DNA of 64,000 nt from a virus (Duplodnaviria > Heunggongvirae > Uroviricota > Caudoviricetes > Herelleviridae): the IMG/VR virus record IMGVR_UViG_2595698876_000001, positions 67,428-131,427 of that record, one strand, 5' to 3'. Under the pieces are notes generated by a model. The model ran no database searches, was not told the DNA's origin, and saw only the letters and a list, made by a program, of their open reading frames with translations. Below, piece after piece: positions 63,879 through 64,000 of this stretch. The position numbers and the translations under genes are program-made. The stretch's first letter is position 1, and every line of letters begins with the position of its first letter.

Positions 63879-64000
63879 ACCATACGGGTTACGAAAACGT
63901 CTACAGTCAAAGAGATTCGATAAGGTAGCTTTACTTGAATATGACAACTACATGTTAAATGAAGAGAAGAAGTTACTTGAAGAGTTCCAATGGGACGCTA
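63871..64000 (+). CDS. hypothetical protein, 3' partial (runs off window end)
   Basis: ATG overlaps the upstream stop (ATGA). Frame open to position 64000. Confidence 0.4.
   Translation, partial: MTKPYGLRKRLQSKRFDKVALLEYDNYMLNEEKKLLEEFQWDA

Noticed and set aside
1-64000. tRNA genes, CRISPR arrays, integrase or transposase
   Set aside because: No region with tRNA-like conserved GTTCGAATC / T-loop context outside coding frames. The GGTTCGAATACC at about 50168 is inside a CDS. No spaced direct repeats of CRISPR type and no recombinase motifs were recognised. Consistent with a virulent phage.

Overview
This window looks like the structural-to-replication-to-early region of a large virulent Bacillus myovirus of the SPO1 / Herelleviridae type. 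The sequence is AT-rich, all credible genes are on the + strand, AGGAGG-type RBSs are common, and many starts are TTG or GTG. Because every gene is on the + strand, the ORFs listed on the - strand in the ORF track are read as frame artefacts nested inside + strand genes.

The window falls into five blocks:
- 1-6950: the end of a tail/baseplate module, with very large tail fibre or adsorption proteins.
- 7037-19737: a replication block containing an SF2 helicase, two wHTH proteins, a DnaB-like helicase, Mre11/Rad50, primase and dUTPase.
- 21423-32422: an Hjc-like resolvase, class Ib ribonucleotide reductase nrdE/nrdF plus an NrdI-like flavodoxin and a thioredoxin-like protein, a TF1/HU-like histone-like protein, and an SPFH protein.
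- 32516-54753: a family A DNA polymerase with an N-terminal UDG-like domain, an SSB-like protein with a prion-like linker, a RecA-like recombinase, a sigma-like protein, two free-standing HNH homing endonucleases, a second metallophosphoesterase, MazG and paralogous small genes.
- 54754-64000: a dense early / host-takeover-like array. Near-identical host sigma-A promoters (GTTGACTTT...17 nt...TATAAT/TAAGAT) drive many short ORFs, each closed by rho-independent terminators. This array includes a phage sigma factor.

No tRNA, rRNA, CRISPR array, transposase or integrase was recognised. Coordinates of features I derived by hand (small ORFs, promoters, terminators, adjusted starts) may be off by 1-2 nt.
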